This document shows positions 1 through 12,203 of a stretch of DNA of 64,000 bases, in pieces. This DNA comes from Octopus vulgaris. Lineage: Eukaryota. The stretch lies in contig OX597819.1 in NCBI GenBank assembly GCA_951406725.2, forward strand, positions 41,292,001 through 41,356,000, written 5' to 3'. The notes beneath the pieces are model-generated. The model searched no databases. It was not told the DNA's origin and saw only the letters and a program-made list of their open reading frames with translations. Numbering within the stretch: position 1 is the first letter of the stretch; every line of letters starts with the position of its first letter. A program made the translations under genes and the position numbers.

Positions 1-216
1 CTTACCACACAGCTGCACCAGGTCCCAGTCGGATTTGGCATAGTTTCTACAGGAGGATACCCTTCCTTTCGCTAATCACTCCAAGACTCTAATATCCTTT
101 ACTTCTTGTTGCAATCATTGGACTGCAACCATTCTAGAGCACTGCCTTGAAGGGTTTTAGTCAAACAAATTGACCCCAGCACTTATTATTTACAGGACAT
201 AAACCAACGCCAGTTG

Positions 217-246
<30 letters not shown>

Positions 247-251
<5 letters not shown>

Positions 252-655
252 TTGAAAGGTATTGGTGTCAAGAAGACCCAAAGGTATCAGGTAATGCTGA
301 GTAAGTCCTATGGACAGACTATAGTTAAGCCCCAGGTTCGATAAGGATAAGAATGAGGAGTCCAATGTAGGTCATGTATATATATATATATATATATAAA
401 GGTACAGGAAACACATCATATATACCATTCTGCTTAAATAATGGAACTGCTGTTTTCATTATTTCACGTCTGTTCTTATTCTTCCACTTCACTCTGTATT
501 TCATATCTTCTCTATAACTATTACTTAAACCTTTCCTTGCACCGTCTCTGATGAAAGGATATATAAAATATCCCGGAAACAGCTGTAAGATTTTCTCTTT
601 ATAAATATTCTGAAAACTATTCACAGCCTTGGATTTTTTTTATCTCATTCTGTTA
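247..655 (+). mobile_element. Hammerhead-bearing short element flanked by (TA)n (copy 1)
   Basis: Shares agaagacccaaa, ataatggaactgc, the hammerhead core and the 3' flank with 8932-9300. Bounded by (TA)n on both sides. Confidence 0.5.
544..591 (+). ncRNA. Minimal type-I hammerhead ribozyme motif (Penelope/retrozyme style), slightly degenerate
   Basis: gtct-CTGATGA(548-554)-aa-ggatat/atatcc stem II-cg-GAAAC(576-580)-agct-GTA-agat. Stem III is the palindrome CAGCTG. Confidence 0.6.
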
Positions 656-688
656 ATATATATATATATATATATATATATTAATAAA

Positions 689-1020
689 TGATGCAACTGT
701 CCGTTATGGATAGGATTAGGTACATGCATAAAGAAGGGATGTCCCAGGCATGTTGTTTGTACCTGCTGTATCTTGGTTATGTATCTTGATGCAACACAGC
801 TAGTTGCACAAAAATCCTACCCATGATAGACAGTTGCAGGATGAGTCGAAATGATCATTGTACTGAATAAAGACAAGAACCAAATCTATCTTCTGTTTCC
901 TTCATCAATTATTACTATCTCAACTAACACTGTGGAATTCCCGAAGTAGATCCAGCAGAAATATACCCCAACTGTGGATGACACCAGGTAGCCCAAACTG
1001 TGAACATGCTTTACTCAACA
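689..1020 (+). mobile_element. Possible solo LTR-like element
   Basis: TGATG...CAACA ends, AATAAA at 866-871, and an internal 26-nt imperfect inverted repeat at 692-717/813-838. No TSD found. Confidence 0.3.
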
Positions 1021-1182
1021 CACTAATTGACACATATCCATTAATCCCCCAAAATTACACACACACACACACATATATGTGTGTGTGTGTGTGAATGAAA
1101 ATATTCACCTAAACTTTGAGCTGTACTTGACTGACTTGGTGCCTCAACTTAAGAACCTGACTCAACTGAATCTTAATTATTT

Positions 1183-1215
<33 letters not shown>

Positions 1216-1219
<4 letters not shown>

Positions 1220-1575
1220 CAAACTTACTAAGAAATGGATGCGTGCGTTCTGTCGTGTAATAACAAATTAATAAATAAAACATATGCATATATACATACA
1301 TATATGTACGTACCTACATCTACATGTATATATACATGCATATATGGGTACAGGACACCAAAAAAACTTCGAACACAATGAGAAAAGAAAACATAAACAC
1401 AAAACCAAGGAAATGGACATTTTTCTTAAACAACGAAAAAATAGAGTACACGACAAATAACACAAGGAAAATTCCCCTTCTTCAGTCGCCATGGTTTCAT
1501 CTACACTGCGTTTCGAAGGTGAAGGTGAGACGCATCTTCGACTGAAACTTTCCTTCCCGCGAAAAGCAAATTAAA
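1216..1575 (-). repeat. Interspersed repeat fragment adjoining (TA)n; its terminus recurs at about 35680-35720 (+)
   Basis: The reverse complement of gaacaaacttactaagaaatggatgcgtgcgttc matches ggaacgcacgcatccatttctaagtaagattgttc at about 35683. Both copies abut (TA)n. Confidence 0.45.
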
Positions 1576-2035
1576 TAAAATTTGAGATTTTTTTGTGGAG
1601 GGGCACCCATACACACACACACAACATTCTTCTTTCAATTTCTGTCTACCAAATCCACTCACAAGGCTTTTGTTTGCACAGGGATATAGAAGACAATTGC
1701 GCAAGGTGCCATTCAGTAGGTCTGAACCAAAGCTGGGAAGCAAACTTCTTACAAGACAGCCATGTCGGCACTTATAAAACATCTACATGTATATTATTAA
1801 AATTTTTAATTAAACATCTCTTTTTGTATTGAGTGCGCTTTTACTCATGTCTGTAAACACAAGTATTCATTTATACTCAAATGCGTGTGTGTGTGTGTGT
1901 ATGTGTGTGTGCATGTATGTATGTATGTATATTCTCTTCCACTTTTAACTGTTTGAAGACTTCCTGTAAGGAAGGATCCACTTTCTAACAAAGATACAAA
2001 GCTCCATTGTTGAAATGTACATAACAAAAACAATG

Positions 2036-2660
2036 TCACATGTTGAATTTGAGACAAATCTTGCATATTTTTACTGTTCCGCTTAAACAGTACTTGCAAT
2101 ATTTGTGTTAGCTGGTTAATTTCTTTTTCTGAAAACCCCAGCTTTTCCAGATTGTAACTCACAAAACCAAGTGCACTAATCTAGGTATAAATGCTGAAGG
2201 TTTTAACCCTTTAGTATTTAAACCGGCCATATCCGGCCAAAATATTTAATCTGTTTTATGTTCAAACTGACCAGATCCAGCCTCTCACACCTACCCTACA
2301 ATGTTATTCTACATTAGGTAATTACACCATCAAAATCTTGAAGATATGAGATAATGCATGATTAAATCAAATTAATGTGAATCATTTAGCATTATGTTTG
2401 ATAGAATAATCAGAACACTAAAGGATTAAAGCAGTTGTCTATAGTTACCTTCTTTCTCTTTGATTTCGAAGTGATATTCACATGAGGAGGACAGCTGACC
2501 TCTATGACAGTATCTACACTTTTTATTTTGTTTTTTTGTCTGTCACAAATTATATCCATGCTGCTATGTTGCACTTGGTAAAGTTTTTATGGAAATGTTC
2601 CATTAACATTCTTTGTGTTGATGTATATTCAATAACAGGGGGAATTCTTTATATTTAGCC
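2036..2660 (-). pseudogene. Decayed 3' end of an R4/Dong-like non-LTR element (restriction-like endonuclease region), split by a MITE at 2207-2425
   Basis: Minus-strand translation across frameshifts gives WNISIKT, TVIEVSCPPHVNITSKS, ALGFVSYNLEKLGFSEKEINQLTQILQV and GTVKICKICLKF*, matching the RLE-clade C-terminal pattern. Confidence 0.6.
2207..2425. mobile_element. piggyBac-like MITE, family 1
   Basis: TTAA on both sides; CCCTTTAG...CTAAAGGA ends. Related copies at 4138-4352, 28160-28365 and about 56375-56585 (reverse). Confidence 0.75.
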
Positions 2661-3143
2661 ACAATGCATTTTAGTTAAAATCTCTCTTTTCATTTCAGAT
2701 CTTAGACTTAAATAAATTCAAGATCTTGTGAAAGGAGTTTCTTAACAGTTATGTTTTTCTTTCTCATCTCTTGGATTGGAAGCAAATTTGAGATTTATAT
2801 TGGTTCGCTTAAATATTTTTCTACAACATCAAAGTTTTTCACTCAGCATCCTAAGTAGATGGTTTAAAGTAATTAGCATTCCCTCAAGTGCTTGGTATGA
2901 AGAATCACTATAGAGGTTTGTAATTTTTTTGCATAAAGTGTAATTGGTTAGGGTGTAAACTCGTTATTCCCATTACATTTTATTATCATGGTGAGATATC
3001 CAATATAGCAGCACAGATTGAGGTTTTCTTCCTACTTTTGTTTTTCCTCACATGTTGCTTCCATTTAGGAGTTTAATGTATGTATAATTATAGACACACA
3101 TACACAAATATACACATTTATAAATAATGGGCAGTACATTATT

Positions 3144-3572
3144 GGGATCTTTTCGGTTTGACCGGCAGTTTTTTCTAGCGGTGTCATATGAAATTGTCAC
3201 CCATAATTATGACCCTAGTATCGATCTATTGCATTTCAATCTGTTTTAGGGTTAGGGTTAGTAAGGGTTAGGGGTGAGGAAAAGGGTATCTTTTTTCTTC
3301 ACAAATGTAAATAAACCCAATCTGTTTCTTAAACGAGGGACATATTCATACGGCACAGAATGTTTTCACCACAATAGATGTCATTGACTGGTTGAAATTG
3401 CAGAAATTGAAGAAAAAAAAACAACAAATATCTTACAAACTATAGAATTTTCACAATAAAGCCAAGAGAAAAAGATGTTTTATAAACACATTCTACCAGT
3501 ATACAAAGTTTAAAAGTGTTTAGTTACGTGGAAATTATTTTAAAAAACTACCGGTCAAACCAAAAAGATCCC
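3144..3572. mobile_element. MITE with about 30-bp TIRs, 6-bp TSD and internal TTAGGG-like repeats
   Basis: TIR gggatcttttcggtttgaccggcagtttttt and its near-perfect reverse complement. TSD ATTATT at 3138-3143 and 3573-3578. ttagggttagggttag at about 3247. Confidence 0.8.
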
Positions 3573-3645
3573 ATTATTGTTTAGATGGAGGTCAGCCTGA
3601 TTGTGCTGACCGATGAATCAAAGGAATTACAGTCATGTCAATCTC

Positions 3646-4088
3646 GGGATTTTTTCAATTGCAATTCTAAAATTAAGTGAAAATTTTCAAATTTGGTATT
3701 TAGATGTAAATTTCCATTTATTCCACACAAAAAATAATAATTTTATCATTTTTAGCCAATCAAAACACAAGGAATCGAAAGTCACACATGTACAGTATCC
3801 TTGTTACAATGAAAACAGAGCAGACTATAGCTTTGCCTATTATTATGCAAACAGATACCAATGTGAGATTAGTGGTCTGTACAATATCACATTGGCTTTC
3901 AATTAGCTAAAATTTCCCAAAATTTGCAAATTTTAAAAGCAATTAACTTTCTATTTATTAACATATAACCAGAATATATTTCATTTTCATAATTAGCATA
4001 CAAAACTAAATCCGTAAAACCAAATTTGAAAACAATTGGAACAAAACAGAAAAAGTATGAAATTTGTGACAGCAACTGAAAAGATCCC
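3646..4088. mobile_element. MITE with GGGAT(C/T)TTTTC termini and 6-bp TSD
   Basis: TIR matches at 15/17 positions. TSD AATCTC at 3640-3645 and 4089-4094. Confidence 0.75.
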
Positions 4089-4137
4089 AATCTCAACTAT
4101 TATTATCCAATGAGTTGTTCTCCTTTCCATTGTTTAA

Positions 4138-4352
4138 CCTTTAGCATTTAAACTGGCCATATCCAGCCAAAATATTCTACATGTTTAATGTTCAAACTGG
4201 CTAGATCTGACATCTCACACCTACCCTAGAATGTCATTTTGAACATAAACAACTATATCAAAATCTCGAGGCTACAAATAATGCAGAATATATTCAAAAC
4301 AATGTGAATAAATACACATTACAGCTGATATAGAAACCTGAACACTAAAGGG
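4138..4352. mobile_element. piggyBac-like MITE, family 1 copy
   Basis: Homologous to 2207-2425, with cctttag...ctaaaggg ends next to ttaa. Confidence 0.7.
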
Positions 4353-4420
4353 TTTAAGATCCAATGTATGATTTTTAGGGAGATTTGGCTGCTCTTATGG
4401 TAAATGGAAGTACTGTAATA

Positions 4421-4823
4421 CTCTCTTTTATTTGTTTCAGTCATTTTGACTGCGACCATGCTGGAGCACCGCCTTTAATCGAGCAACTCGACCCCGGGAC
4501 TTATTCTTTGTAAGCCTAGTACTTATTCTATCGGTCTCTTTTGCCGAACCGCTAAGTGACGGGGACATAAACACACCAGCATTGGTTGTCAAGCAATGCT
4601 AGGGGGACAAACACAGACACGCACACACACACACATATATATATATATACACATATATATGACGGGCTTCTTTCAGTTTCCGTCTACCAAATCCACTCAC
4701 AAGGCTTTGGTTGGCCCGAGGCTATAGTAGAAGACACTTGCCCAAGGTGCCACGCAGTGGGACTGAACCCAGAACCATGTGGTTGGTAAGCAAGCTACTT
4801 ACCACACAGCCACTCCTGTGCCT
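4421..4823 (-). mobile_element. tRNA-derived CORE-like SINE, family A (full length)
   Basis: Head tggctgtgtgg...ggttcagtccc (A/B-box-like), core accttgggcaagtg, internal (TA)/(TG) tract, tail ggcggtgctccagcatgg...gactgaaac. Confidence 0.85.
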
Positions 4824-5056
4824 ATATCACTATATTTGTTTCCAAACATCATCGGAATGTTAGAGAAAACAAGAAAGAAAAGGTGTAGTAGTCAACAAAT
4901 TAGAATTTTTTTAAAGATAGATGGATATAGATGGATATATCAGCCACCAAACTGTGCCATATTGGATGACCCTTCCAACCACCAAATCAGTTGGTCTTAA
5001 GATGACAAACATAGACAGAACTGTGTTTGGTGATCAGCATCTGCCTTGTGTATATA

Positions 5057-5652
5057 CAGTAATCCCTTGACTATAGCAGGTGTCATGTTCTAAAAACCCT
5101 TGCGATACGTGAAAATCCATGAAGTAGAAACAGTACTCATCATCATCATCATTTAACGTCCGCTTTCCATACTAGCATGGGTTGGACGGTTTAACTGGGG
5201 TTTGGGAAGCCCGAAGGCTGCACCAGGCCAGTCAGATCTGGCAGTGTTTCTACAGCTGGATGCCCTTCCTAACGCCAACCACTCCGTGAGTGTAATGGGT
5301 GCTTTTTATGTGCCACTGACACAGGTGCCAGACGAGGCTGGCGAATGGCCATGCTCGGATGGTGCTTTTTACGTGCCACCGGCACGGAGGCCAGGCGAGG
5401 CTGGCAACGGCCACGATCGGATGGTGTTTGTTACATGCCACCAGCACGGAGGCCAGTCGATGCGGTACTGGCTACGGCCATGTTCGGATGGACCTCTTAT
5501 ATGCCACGGGCACTGGTATATTTTTTAAAATTATTTTTATAATTTGTATACATTTATTTTATTATAAATGCAAAACACCACCACAGAGGAATCAGGGTAA
5601 GCTTAAATAAAAAACCACAATAGGTGAACCACGATATGGTGAGGGATTACTG
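5057..5652. mobile_element. Tc1/mariner (Tigger-like) MITE interrupted by an RTE 3' fragment
   Basis: TA-CAGTAATCCCT at the left end and AGGGATTACTG at the right end. RTE tail inserted at 5138-5517. Confidence 0.6.
5138..5517 (-). mobile_element. RTE LINE 3' UTR fragment
   Basis: Highly similar to 19741-20150, with (GAT)n tail. Confidence 0.85.
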
Positions 5653-6039
5653 CCATCAGCCACGTTCAGATGGTGCTTTTTACATGCCACCAGCACAGGT
5701 ATCATATATATGTGTGTGTGTGTTTATATACACATTTTTCCATGCACAGAGTGAGATCTCATCACAAGACATGAGGTTTATGGGTCTTCTGTCCAAACTG
5801 AGGGTATGAGTGGTATTGGCATTGCTGGTTCAAAGTTAACTTATTTAACATGAGATGTTTTAATGGTTCTTTCTTTCTTTCGCTCCTTCTCTCTCTGCTT
5901 ATGTGCGCGAGCATATTTCTCTGGGTATGAGGTGTTTATCAGTCGTGTTCAATTAATAAACTGTAATGACTTTCTCTTTCTCCCTCACTCATTCAATAAT
6001 CACCATGTGTATATTTCGCATGTGCATGCCAGTGCCTGT

Positions 6040-6575
6040 GAAGGCGTGACTTTGTGGTTTGGATATTCGGCTCATGATCGTAAGGCAGTGCGTTCGATTC
6101 CTGGTGGCGTGTTGTGTCATTGAGCAAGACACTTTATTTCACGTTGCTTCAATCCACTCAGCTGGCAAAAACGACTAGTGTTTGTGCTGGCAGAGTCGTT
6201 AGCACGCTGGGCGAAATGCGTAGCCGTATTTCGTCTGCCGTTACGTTCTGAGTTCAAATTCCGCCGAGGTCGACTTTGCCTTTCATCCTTTCGGGGTCGA
6301 TAAATTAAGTACCAGTTACGCACTGGGGTCGATATAATCGACTTAATCCGTTTGTCTGTCCTTGTTTGTCCCCTCTGTGTTTAGCCCCTTGTGGGTGGTA
6401 AAGAAACATGTATTTCAAAGGGCCAGCCTTGTCACAGTATGTGTCAAACTGAATCTCCTCGAGAACTACATTAAGGGTAGGTGTCTCTCTAAAGTGCTCA
6501 GCCACTTGTACGTTAATTTCGCGAGCAAGCTGTTCCGTTGATCGGATCAACTGGAACCCTCATCGGAGTGCCTCT
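6040..6575 (+). mobile_element. tRNA-derived SINE, family D, interrupted by a family B copy
   Basis: Head ...gttcgattcc, core ttgagcaagacactttatttcacgttgc; the body resumes after 6406. Confidence 0.6.
6186..6406 (+). mobile_element. tRNA-derived SINE, family B (Meta-like central domain), nested in another SINE (6040-6575)
   Basis: gagttcaaattcc B-box followed by gtcgactttgcctttcatcctttcggggtcgataaattaagtaccag. Confidence 0.85.
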
Positions 6576-7853
6576 AGTATTAAAACATACTGACATCAAA
6601 ACAAGATGAATGTCTAGTCAGCCGTGATAAATCGTCAACAACACAACCGCCAAAATTGACTGGGCTTTATTTGTAATTCAAAGAGCCATCCTAGACCTCG
6701 TCACCAAATGTATGTCAGATTGGATTCTACCAGAGGATTACGTTACCTGTGGGATACTCTACTATTCATAACCATAATTCAATGAGTCTCGTTGATTGAA
6801 CAGTCACAATACCCGTCGAAAATCAATGGAGGATCCATTCATTATTTTTTATACACGTTCTCACGCACAAAAGTATGTAATTACCTGTCAATAAAATAAC
6901 CTGAAAGTTCATGTTCGGGAAAAATTCCACACTATATATGTACTCAAAATCCTCTACTTGGTAATATCTTTTAGCACGCTCAAAAGAAAAATCATAAACT
7001 GGGGTACATTTGAAATACACATATACATACACACAATGGGTTTCACACGCCAAACGAGAGGTACGCGGTGGCCACTCAATTAGCTAGACATAGCAGCAAA
7101 ATCTATTTTCACATGCTACTGCTTTAAAAAGTGTGGTCGTGAGTAGTTCTGTACATACAGAAGAACGAGATTGTCACGGCTGGAAACCCAGCGATTATAA
7201 GTTCGCTTGATAAGAATACCCAGGGCTAAACAAAAAACAACAACAAAGGATTTCAATAAACTGATAAAAAGCGGCTGTTAAAAGACTTGTTTTGCTTTGT
7301 TTTTTTTTTTATTTTATTTTGTGACTTGTTACTCGTAGGCAGATTACTAACAATTACTAACACACATACAATCAGAAACAATACAGAAGTTCATATATAC
7401 ACATATACACAATCAGAAAACACAACACTTTCACAATACAGTGGAACATACACTCTCTCTTTCTCTCTCTCACACAACGATCATAATATACAGGAATACA
7501 CATACACACGCACTCACAGCTTTTCCTTTCAGAAACAAGAATCAAGGAAAACAAAACAAAATATACATCTTATAAAGAATAAAACAAAAAAAAACAATAA
7601 TTTTCATCCTAACGAAATACTTTTATAAATTAAAAGATCCTTTATCAGGAAACATAATAAAAATGAATTTATCTGTTTACTTGATGTAATAAACAATTAC
7701 AAATACGTATTTTTTTTTTTCTTGCTAAAATTCAAAAACAGCGAAGATACAAAGAAAGTTAAAGAAGTGAATCGTAACAGAGGGGGAAAAAAAAGACGTG
7801 TTTATATGATGAACGGAGATGCAATTTAAATTTAAACACTTTTTTCTACTTAC

Positions 7854-7974
7854 AGTATGTTTTCCACTGTGGGAGCTGTTCATTACTGCTGTTGCCGCCA
7901 CCACTGCCATCTACGATACAATAAGAAGAAAGACTGTGGTTACGAGTTGAATTGCTGATGCGATATTTTGGCAT
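7854..7974 (-). CDS. Candidate first coding exon of an unidentified host gene (MPKYRISNSTRNHSLSSYCIVDGSGGGNSSNEQLPQWKTY, phase 1)
   Basis: Non-repetitive sequence, gccATG context, 40 open codons, consensus donor GTAAGT at 7853-7848. No homology recognised. Confidence 0.25.
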
Positions 7975-8398
7975 GGCTAAAACATCCACGGGTTAAGGAT
8001 TATCCAGGGATTACTGATAGGTGAAAATATAGATTCATTGCAATGCACAAGAAAGCCAGCGACAATTTTTTTGTTTGTTTGTTTTGTTTTAAAGCGCTGT
8101 GGCCTAAGTATGGTGTTGAAGTTGCTTGCGAGGTTGTTGCTTTGAGACTAAGTAGTGGCCGCTAGTAGTTTATAGTGGCCAACAAAATAACTTCTAAGTG
8201 CAAACAGTCTGACTATTCAGGAAGTGGTATGAAGAATAATAGAAAAAAAAAAAAGAACCACTTCTATACACACACACACACAACCCATACCCCCATACAC
8301 ACACTAATGATCATAAATAATGCCGTGAGAAACTCAGTATATTAATTAGTCAAGAGAATCTTGTACAGGGTTCAAAGCACAAGCAGGCTCTCTCTCTC

Positions 8399-8451
<53 letters not shown>

Positions 8452-8524
8452 GCTAAGAAAATCAAGAAAAATCGATAAGTTTTTAACAAATATTTTTATG
8501 AATTCCTTTTTGACTCATAGAAAA

Positions 8525-9300
<776 letters not shown>

Positions 9301-9323
9301 ACACACATGTGTGTCTGTGTATG

Positions 9324-9361
<38 letters not shown>

Positions 9362-9364
<3 letters not shown>

Positions 9365-9701
9365 GGTAAAGACCCCCTTCGGTCATGAATGACCATGGGA
9401 TTGCACCTAGAAAGTTACCCTCCTAGACACAAGTCCGGGCAAGGTTGTTTATGGAAGGCCAGCAGTCGCCCATGCATACCAGCCTCCCCTCTCCATGCCA
9501 CCAGTGTTATCCAAGGGAAAGACAAAGGTCGATACAGCTTGGCACCAGTGACGTCGCTACTCATTTCTACAGCTGAGTGAACTGGAGCAACGTAAAATAA
9601 AGTGCCTTGCTCGAGAACACAACACGCAGCCCAGTCCGGGATTCGAGCTCACAACCTCACGATCGTAAGCTCGACGCTCTAACCATTGAGCCATGCGCCT
9701 T
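9362..9701 (-). mobile_element. tRNA-derived SINE, family C
   Basis: Matches 39981-40320 and 56851-57176. Confidence 0.85.
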
Positions 9702-9737
9702 TATCTGTATGTGTATATATATATACACACACACATA

Positions 9738-10108
9738 CAGGAGTGGCTGTGTGGTAAGTAGCTTGCTTACCAACCACATGGTTCCAGGTTCAGTCCCACT
9801 GCGTGGCACCTTGGGCAAGTGTCGACCAAAGACTTGTGAGTAGATTTGGTAGACGGAAACTGAAAGAAGCCCGTCGTATATATGCATATATATATATATG
9901 TGTGTGTTTGTGTGTCTGTGTTTGTCCCCCTAGCATTGCTTGACAACTGATGCTGGTGTGTTTATGTCCCCGTTACTTAGCGGTTCGGCAAAAAAGACCA
10001 ATAGAATAAGTACTGGGCTTGCAAAGAATAAGTTCTGGGGTCGAGTTGCTCGATTAAAGGCGGTGCACCAGTATGGCCGCAGTCAAATGACTGAAACAAG
10101 TAAAAAAA
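9738..10108 (+). mobile_element. SINE family A
   Basis: Colinear with 4421-4823 and 37058-37494. Confidence 0.85.
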
Positions 10109-10303
10109 ATATATATATATATCATCTGAAACGTATAGTATTAAATATCGTGCCCACTCTACAGACAGACATATGAGTGCATCTTTTCCCTGACTTATGC
10201 TCTCTAAGGCGACTCACACGTGTGCATATATATATATATATTTATGTATGTATGTATATCTACACACACACACACATACATGTATTTATATGTATATATA
10301 TAT

Positions 10304-10677
10304 TCTTTATTCTTTTACTTGTTTCAGCCATTTGACTGCATCCATGGTGGGTTATCGCCTTCTGTCGAACAAATCAACCCCTGGACCTATTCTTTGTAAG
10401 CCCAGTACTTACTCTATCGCTCTCTTTTGCCAAACTGCTAAGTTATGGGGAAGTAAACACACCAACATCGGTTGTGAAGCGATGGTGGGGGCACAAACAG
10501 AGACACACAAATACATACATATATATTATACGACGGGCTTCTTTCAATGTCTGTCTACCAAATACACGCCCAAGGCTATAGTAGAAGACACTTGCCCAAG
10601 GTGCCACGCAGTGGGACTGAACCCAGAACCATGTGGTTGGGAAGCAAGCTTCTTATCACATAGGCACTTCTGCACCT
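10304..10677 (-). mobile_element. SINE family A (diverged)
   Basis: Inverted relative to 9738-10108. Confidence 0.8.
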
Positions 10678-10848
10678 ATATATTAATACTGAGCAGGAGC
10701 AACAGGGTGACTCAAGGGCTGAGAGTCAACACATAAAAACTGTCAGCCTTGAGTCAGTCTGTTGCTTATATATATATATATATATATATATATAACACAG
10801 GTAATATATATATATATACATAGCTAATATATATATAACATAGGTAAT

Positions 10849-10904
<56 letters not shown>

Positions 10905-11984
10905 TCATCATCATCATCATCATATATATATATATATATATATATTAAGATAAAAATAAGAACTTTTTTGTCTATAAACATCTGCTAAAATGTGTTTAGG
11001 AAATACTGAGCAGGTTCTTTTAAGTTCCAATCAATATCTTCAATGATAGAAAGGAATAAAAAAAAAAAAGAGTGAGCAGGAAAAATGCACTAGCACTCAA
11101 CACCTCTTTTCTGGAAGAAGGCAAAAAAAAAAAAAAGATGGTAGAAGGGGCTATTATGAAGAACATCAAACCATAAGAATTGTGTGTTTCAAGGAAAACG
11201 GTAGCTGCAATAGTGAAACTATCTGATCTTTGCCAACTCCCTTTGTATATATAGATGGAGAAAGAACAATGATAGGTGTTAAAAAAAAAAGGAAAGAAAG
11301 AAAGAAAAAAGTAGTATCTACTAGTCAGCTTGCTACTACTCTCATTAGAGGTCATTACAGTTTAGATGAGCAATAAATATTAACCAAAAAGAGAAAAAAG
11401 TAGGGGGTTTGGGCTGGTGTAAAAACACTATGGGAGAAGTGTGTTAATATTAGATAGGTGACTGTTATTGAACAATTGATATCTTACACATGGTTGTGTA
11501 TGTATGTATGCATGTATGTATGTATAGGTCTGTCTCAGTTTGTGTTTGTGTGTGTGAGCCTATTATTGAGCAAACCACAATCCATTCACTACCTTAAATA
11601 AAGAGTACATGGGGTTGGACAAAGTCATCGCTATACAAAAAGACAGAGTGGTCGGTCACAAGTAGAACATTTCTCTGATCAGGGATCATCGGGATCAAAG
11701 CTGACTGGAGAACTGGAGACTTAACAATGACAGAGAGAGAGACAGACAGACAGACAGAGTAAATATCTGATTTTAAAAAAGAAAAAAAAAAGCTATATAT
11801 AATAATGTAGAAAATAACACTGTTACTATGAAGGGAAAGGTATTAAAATTAATAAGGAAGTGGTGGTGGAGTGGAATGAGAATTACTAAAACATTCAGGA
11901 AGGCAACAATAAATTAGAAATGAATGTATAAATGTGTGTGTGTGCGTTTTGGGAAACAAATAAGTATTTGTTAGGATATTTGTT

Positions 11985-12203
11985 TTGTTTTGTTTTTCCA
12001 GTTTCAGCTCTTGAGCTGTGGCCATGCTGGGGCACCGCCATTGTGGTGAAAGAGTACAGCAGGGATCACCACCCCCTGCCGGAGCCTCGTAGAGCTTTTA
12101 GGTGTTTTCGCTCAATAAACACACACAACGCCCGGTCTGAGAATCGAAACCGCGATCCTGCGACCGCGAGTCCGCTGCCCTAACCACTAGGCCATTGCGC
12201 CTC
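11985..12203 (-). mobile_element. tRNA-derived SINE, family E, ending in the CR1-group LINE tail
   Basis: Head ggcgcaatggcctagtggttagggcagcggac...gtttcgattc; tail atggcggtgccccagcatggccacagctcaagagctgaaact. Confidence 0.8.

Noticed and set aside
3246-3273. Interstitial telomere repeat
   Set aside because: Only about four imperfect units, and they lie inside a MITE.
4586-4789. Recurrent peptide DGLLSVSVYQIHSQGFG...EDTCPRCHAVGLNPEPCGW in many ORFs
   Set aside because: It is the antisense translation of SINE family A, not a gene family.
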